DNA of 32,000 nt from Candidatus Saccharimonadota bacterium (GTDB lineage Bacteria; Bacteroidota; Bacteroidia; Cytophagales; Amoebophilaceae): positions 60,001-92,000 of the forward strand of contig NZ_OW441264.1 in assembly GCF_936981045.1 (NCBI RefSeq), in the 5' to 3' direction. How positions within the stretch are numbered: position 1 is the stretch's first letter; each line of letters starts with the position of its first letter. Under the pieces are notes generated by a model. That model saw only the letters and a program-made list of their open reading frames with translations, was not told where the DNA came from and ran no database searches. This document shows, piece by piece, positions 28,468-32,000 of the stretch. Both the position numbers and the translations under genes were made by a program.

Positions 28468-30567
28468 TTAACTCTTCTTTTTGTTCTTATTTTGAAGGTA
28501 CTTCCATAAAGGCCACTTTTGGGGATTTTGAACAATAGCTTTTGCTTGTTCCAGTAATGGTGCATCATACCCTTCCTGGGCAAGTATTTTTAAAGCAATG
28601 GCTTGGTCGGTCTTACCTGATACAACTTTATAAGTGTAATGTAGCTTTTGATCAGGTTTTTCATCTATAAAAACCTTAAAATTTTTAATGCCTCTTTCCT
28701 TAAATTTATTGGTTAGATTCATTAAAATGGGATAATGGGTGAAAACAATATGCAGTGTATTACTGTATTTAGATATAGAAGCGAGTATACTATAAGCTGC
28801 TGTACTAGCTTCAACTGGATTGGTACGGGCAAAGGGTTCATCGGCAATGGTAAAAATAAATTCATCCGGTTTAGACTGCTCAAGCATATGCATATACTGT
28901 TGCATGCGTGCTACCTCTACCATAAAGAGGGAAGCACCACATGTAATATCGCCCTTGAGGTCTATATAGGTATTGATTTTATTAAAAGGGGTCATAACCG
29001 AATTTTTGGTAGCCGAAATCCCAAATGTTTGGCTAAGCAAGATACTACTGGCTACACCACAAATGTAAGAGGATTTTCCACCTGCATTCGGTCCACAGAG
29101 GATCATGTTGCGGGTCTTATGCGCATCTAGGTCTACATCATTGTCTACAACGGTTGCAGGATTTAGCATTGGATGCCACATAGCTTCTAACTCTATGCAT
29201 GGTGTGCTTTGTTTAGAATGATCTAAGAACTTAGTGAAAGTATAACAGTGTGCTGGAAAAGCTTTTTGTGCCTCCTGTACCAAAGTAGCTATACCTATAA
29301 AGCTGTCTAATTGACCCAATTCATACATAGCAGCCTTTAAACAATCTTTATGTTCTATAAACAGGTTATACGTAGCCAATAACTTGCCATTATTGCTACG
29401 AATATAGGACCAATTAGCAAGGTTCATATCCAAAAGATTCCTTACCATAACTCCTATTTCTGTCGATTCTTTACGCTTTTCCAATAGGGCTCTTATCGCT
29501 TTCAAGGAGGAGCCGTAATTGGCTTCTAAAGCTTGATGGCCTGCTATAATAGCACTTAACTGTTGGATGATTTTCATAAAAACTTGGACATCTCGCATAC
29601 GGTTGGCCAAATTGTGAACAACAGCACTGTATTCTTGATAACTTTTTATCCCACGATAACTTCTCCATATAGCCGCTGCATGCGTAGCCGCCACACCTAA
29701 AAAGGGTAAAAGCAATGGCTTTCCATCGGCACGATTATAATTATCCACAACACATCCGATGGACACAATGGGCACAAATAAGGGAAAAGAACCATAAGTA
29801 GCTTGTCTATCACGTTCAATATAACCTCCTTTTGTAATAGAAACCATCCATGCAGTGGCTTCGCAGTAAAATAGACCTAATATGGGGAGTGCAACAAACT
29901 CTCCATATATGTCTCGAAGGTTTCTAAAGAGAATCCGAACTTTAAGCTTATTAGCTATTTTATTTGTAGCAGCATTGGATGAAAGGAAACGTTGATTCAC
30001 GTAGCTTCTATATATATGGGTATAAAGTGGGTCCGTATGGGTCCATGAAGAAAGTAAACTATTCTCTACATTTCGGTAGGCTTCTAAAGATTGCTTTAAA
30101 GTTGCTAACCAAGTTGGGTGTTCCAATAATACCTGTAAAGTGCGCTGACGGTTGGATAGTGTCGCAATATCGCTGGTTGGGGTTACTAAGAGTGTAGCCA
30201 ACGCATACTCACCTAATACAGTAGCGGTCCGGTTAATGCGTGACAGGAAGTGATGCGTTGGATTACTCGATCCACCACAAAACAGCATCAAATCTACCCA
30301 CACATTATCGTTCAATATAGCACCACGTTCTGACGGAATGCTGGCATCAATGTCAGAAAATATCGTACGTAGTACTACTTTACGTTGCGTACTTTCAGCT
30401 AGTTTTATTTTATCCATTTGTAGAAGGGTCTGCTGATTGATCTTTGAAGGCAATAACGTAGAAGCGCGCGAGCCAATGGGGAAAGACCTTAGGTAGTAAC
30501 TTGAAATTTTTTCAGCAGTCGATTCATGACCTCCTTTTGGATGGGCAAATGCCCAGTTGCTACTCAT
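28468..30567 (-). CDS. MutS-family protein with only domain III (core) and domain V (ATPase), hydrophobic segments in between, and no mismatch-binding domain
   Basis: 699 aa. The domain III-like region reads WVDLMLF..LSRINRTATVLGEYAL..LVTP..D...LSNRQ. The Walker A motif is CGPNAGGKSSY, followed by SLFMVEV, Walker B IFTIADEPFARTNP and FTHY. Confidence 0.75.
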   Translation of the reverse strand: MSSNWAFAHPKGGHESTAEKISSYYLRSFPIGSRASTLLPSKINQQTLLQMDKIKLAESTQRKVVLRTIFSDIDASIPSERGAILNDNVWVDLMLFCGGSSNPTHHFLSRINRTATVLGEYALATLLVTPTSDIATLSNRQRTLQVLLEHPTWLATLKQSLEAYRNVENSLLSSWTHTDPLYTHIYRSYVNQRFLSSNAATNKIANKLKVRILFRNLRDIYGEFVALPILGLFYCEATAWMVSITKGGYIERDRQATYGSFPLFVPIVSIGCVVDNYNRADGKPLLLPFLGVAATHAAAIWRSYRGIKSYQEYSAVVHNLANRMRDVQVFMKIIQQLSAIIAGHQALEANYGSSLKAIRALLEKRKESTEIGVMVRNLLDMNLANWSYIRSNNGKLLATYNLFIEHKDCLKAAMYELGQLDSFIGIATLVQEAQKAFPAHCYTFTKFLDHSKQSTPCIELEAMWHPMLNPATVVDNDVDLDAHKTRNMILCGPNAGGKSSYICGVASSILLSQTFGISATKNSVMTPFNKINTYIDLKGDITCGASLFMVEVARMQQYMHMLEQSKPDEFIFTIADEPFARTNPVEASTAAYSILASISKYSNTLHIVFTHYPILMNLTNKFKERGIKNFKVFIDEKPDQKLHYTYKVVSGKTDQAIALKILAQEGYDAPLLEQAKAIVQNPQKWPLWKYLQNKNKKKS

Positions 30568-30744
30568 AATACTTAACGATAAGGTGAAATAAATATAATG
30601 CTTCTTATATAGTTGCTATTGCGTCTCATAGTGGGTAAAAATAAAACGTATTGTTGGAGTTGCTGAACAACTTTAAATTTGCTTTCTTTGCTACACACCC
30701 TAATATAATGTTTTATGTATTATAAAAGTAAAATCACTGCTTTA

Positions 30745-32000
30745 TCAGCAAGCCATAGTGCTTTTTTTACTTTTTTTTGATTTTGTATTGTTTCCCAAAA
30801 TGTTTAAACATTCCTCGAAACTGAGTAACCTAGGATCTGCAATGTCTTTAGGAATACGGGTATGGTTTTTACCATTTTTAATATAGGCCCCCCATTTCCC
30901 GTTTAAAATTTGTATGGTGGGTGCTTCAGCGAAAGTTTTGATCAGCTTTTCAGCATCTGCTTTCCGTTTGGCTTCAATAATGGCTATGGCTCCCTGTTCA
31001 TTAATTGCAAATGGATCATCCGTTTTGGGTATGGAATAGAATAGGGAACCATGTTTAATGTAGGGACCAAATCTACCTATGTTGATCATCAGTGGCAGCG
31101 TTTCAAATGTCCCCACTACACGTGGTAGTTTAAAAAGTTCTAAGGCCTCTTCTAACGTAATCGTTTCCATACGCTGATTGGCCCGTAGTCCTGCAAAACG
31201 AGGCGCTTCCTCATGGCCATCTGCTTCGATGCCTAACTGAACCAATGGACCATATTTACCTAATCGAACCATTACGGAAGCATGGGTTACTGGATCTTTT
31301 CCTAAAAGTCTAGTATATTTTACCATAGAGCGGTCTATACCAGCCGTAGCTTGAACTTTAGGATAAAAGCCGCTATAGAATTCACTTAACATCTGATTCC
31401 AAATTTTAGTACCTTGTGCAATTTTATCCAGCTCTTTTTCCACATGTGCGGTAAAATTATAGTCGGTTATATCAGAAAAGTGTTTGACCAAAAAGTCATT
31501 GACCACCGCAGCCATATCGGTGGGAAAAAGCTTTTGTTTCTCTGTGCGAACGATTTCAGTTAGTTTTTCTTTATGAATCAGGTTATTTTGTAGTGTTAAT
31601 AACCTATAGGCGCGTAGAAAGCCTTCACGAGACTCCATCTTAATATACCCTCTTTTCTGAATAGTGGCAATAATGGGTGCATAGGTAGATGGACGTCCAA
31701 TTTCCTTTTCTTCTAAATCTCTAACCAAAGTGGCCTCAGTATACCGAGCAGGCGGATTAGTGAATCGTTCTCTGGCCAACATTTTCTCTAAGCAAAGTTC
31801 CTGGCCTATATGGAGTGATGGCAACATCGTTTTGGCATCATCTGACGCTTCTTCATTCACTTGGTCGCGTATGTATGCCTTTAGAAAGCCTTCAAATTTC
31901 AATACTTCTCCTGTTGCGATCAGTGGTTGGTCTGTAGTAGAGATTTGAATGGTTGCTATGGTTTTTTCTATTTGTGCATCAGCCATCTGAGCAGCCATAG
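30745..32000 (-). CDS. topA: DNA topoisomerase I (C-terminal ~417 aa; the N-terminus lies beyond the window end)
   Basis: Contains ..FTNPPARYTEATLVRDLEEKEIGRPSTYAPIIATIQKRGYI.. and repeated C-terminal GRFGPYIKHG / GKWGAYIKNG modules. Confidence 0.9.
   Translation of the reverse strand, partial: MAAQMADAQIEKTIATIQISTTDQPLIATGEVLKFEGFLKAYIRDQVNEEASDDAKTMLPSLHIGQELCLEKMLARERFTNPPARYTEATLVRDLEEKEIGRPSTYAPIIATIQKRGYIKMESREGFLRAYRLLTLQNNLIHKEKLTEIVRTEKQKLFPTDMAAVVNDFLVKHFSDITDYNFTAHVEKELDKIAQGTKIWNQMLSEFYSGFYPKVQATAGIDRSMVKYTRLLGKDPVTHASVMVRLGKYGPLVQLGIEADGHEEAPRFAGLRANQRMETITLEEALELFKLPRVVGTFETLPLMINIGRFGPYIKHGSLFYSIPKTDDPFAINEQGAIAIIEAKRKADAEKLIKTFAEAPTIQILNGKWGAYIKNGKNHTRIPKDIADPRLLSFEECLNILGNNTKSKKSKKSTMAC

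Overview
Visibly AT-rich chromosomal segment of Bacteroidota type. The evidence is the 23S/5S sequence, an atpB-E-F-H-A-G cluster without atpDC, lpxK, and TAnnTTTG-type promoter boxes. It carries an unusually heavy mobile-element load. That fits an obligate intracellular symbiont such as the Amoebophilaceae ('Candidatus Amoebophilus asiaticus'-like), but I cannot verify this without a database search. Housekeeping content: gpmI (disrupted), an RsuA/RluB-type pseudouridine synthase, a DksA/TraR-like protein, a COG1579 zinc-ribbon protein plus NIF3, lpxK, a 670-aa predicted outer-membrane protein, atpBEFHAG, gap, thyA, 23S+5S rRNA with no 16S, tsaE, a MutS domain III/V paralogue, and topA (partial). 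The main non-housekeeping signal is a family of seven near-identical ~240-bp MITEs. Their terminal inverted repeat (ACGTGAGTTCGGGATT) is the same as that of a decayed IS982-family IS also present in the window. Six of the seven have perfect 5-bp target-site duplications. One splits gpmI. Two sit so close to gap and atpB that the duplicated target supplies the A of an ATG. Other mobile structures are a 1.28-kb IS5-family element nested in an IS982 copy wedged between atpB and atpE, and a four-layer nest in which an IS6-family element contains a group II intron, which in turn contains IS982 pieces and MITEs. All coordinates, identities and frame restorations were read by eye. No alignment or search was run.
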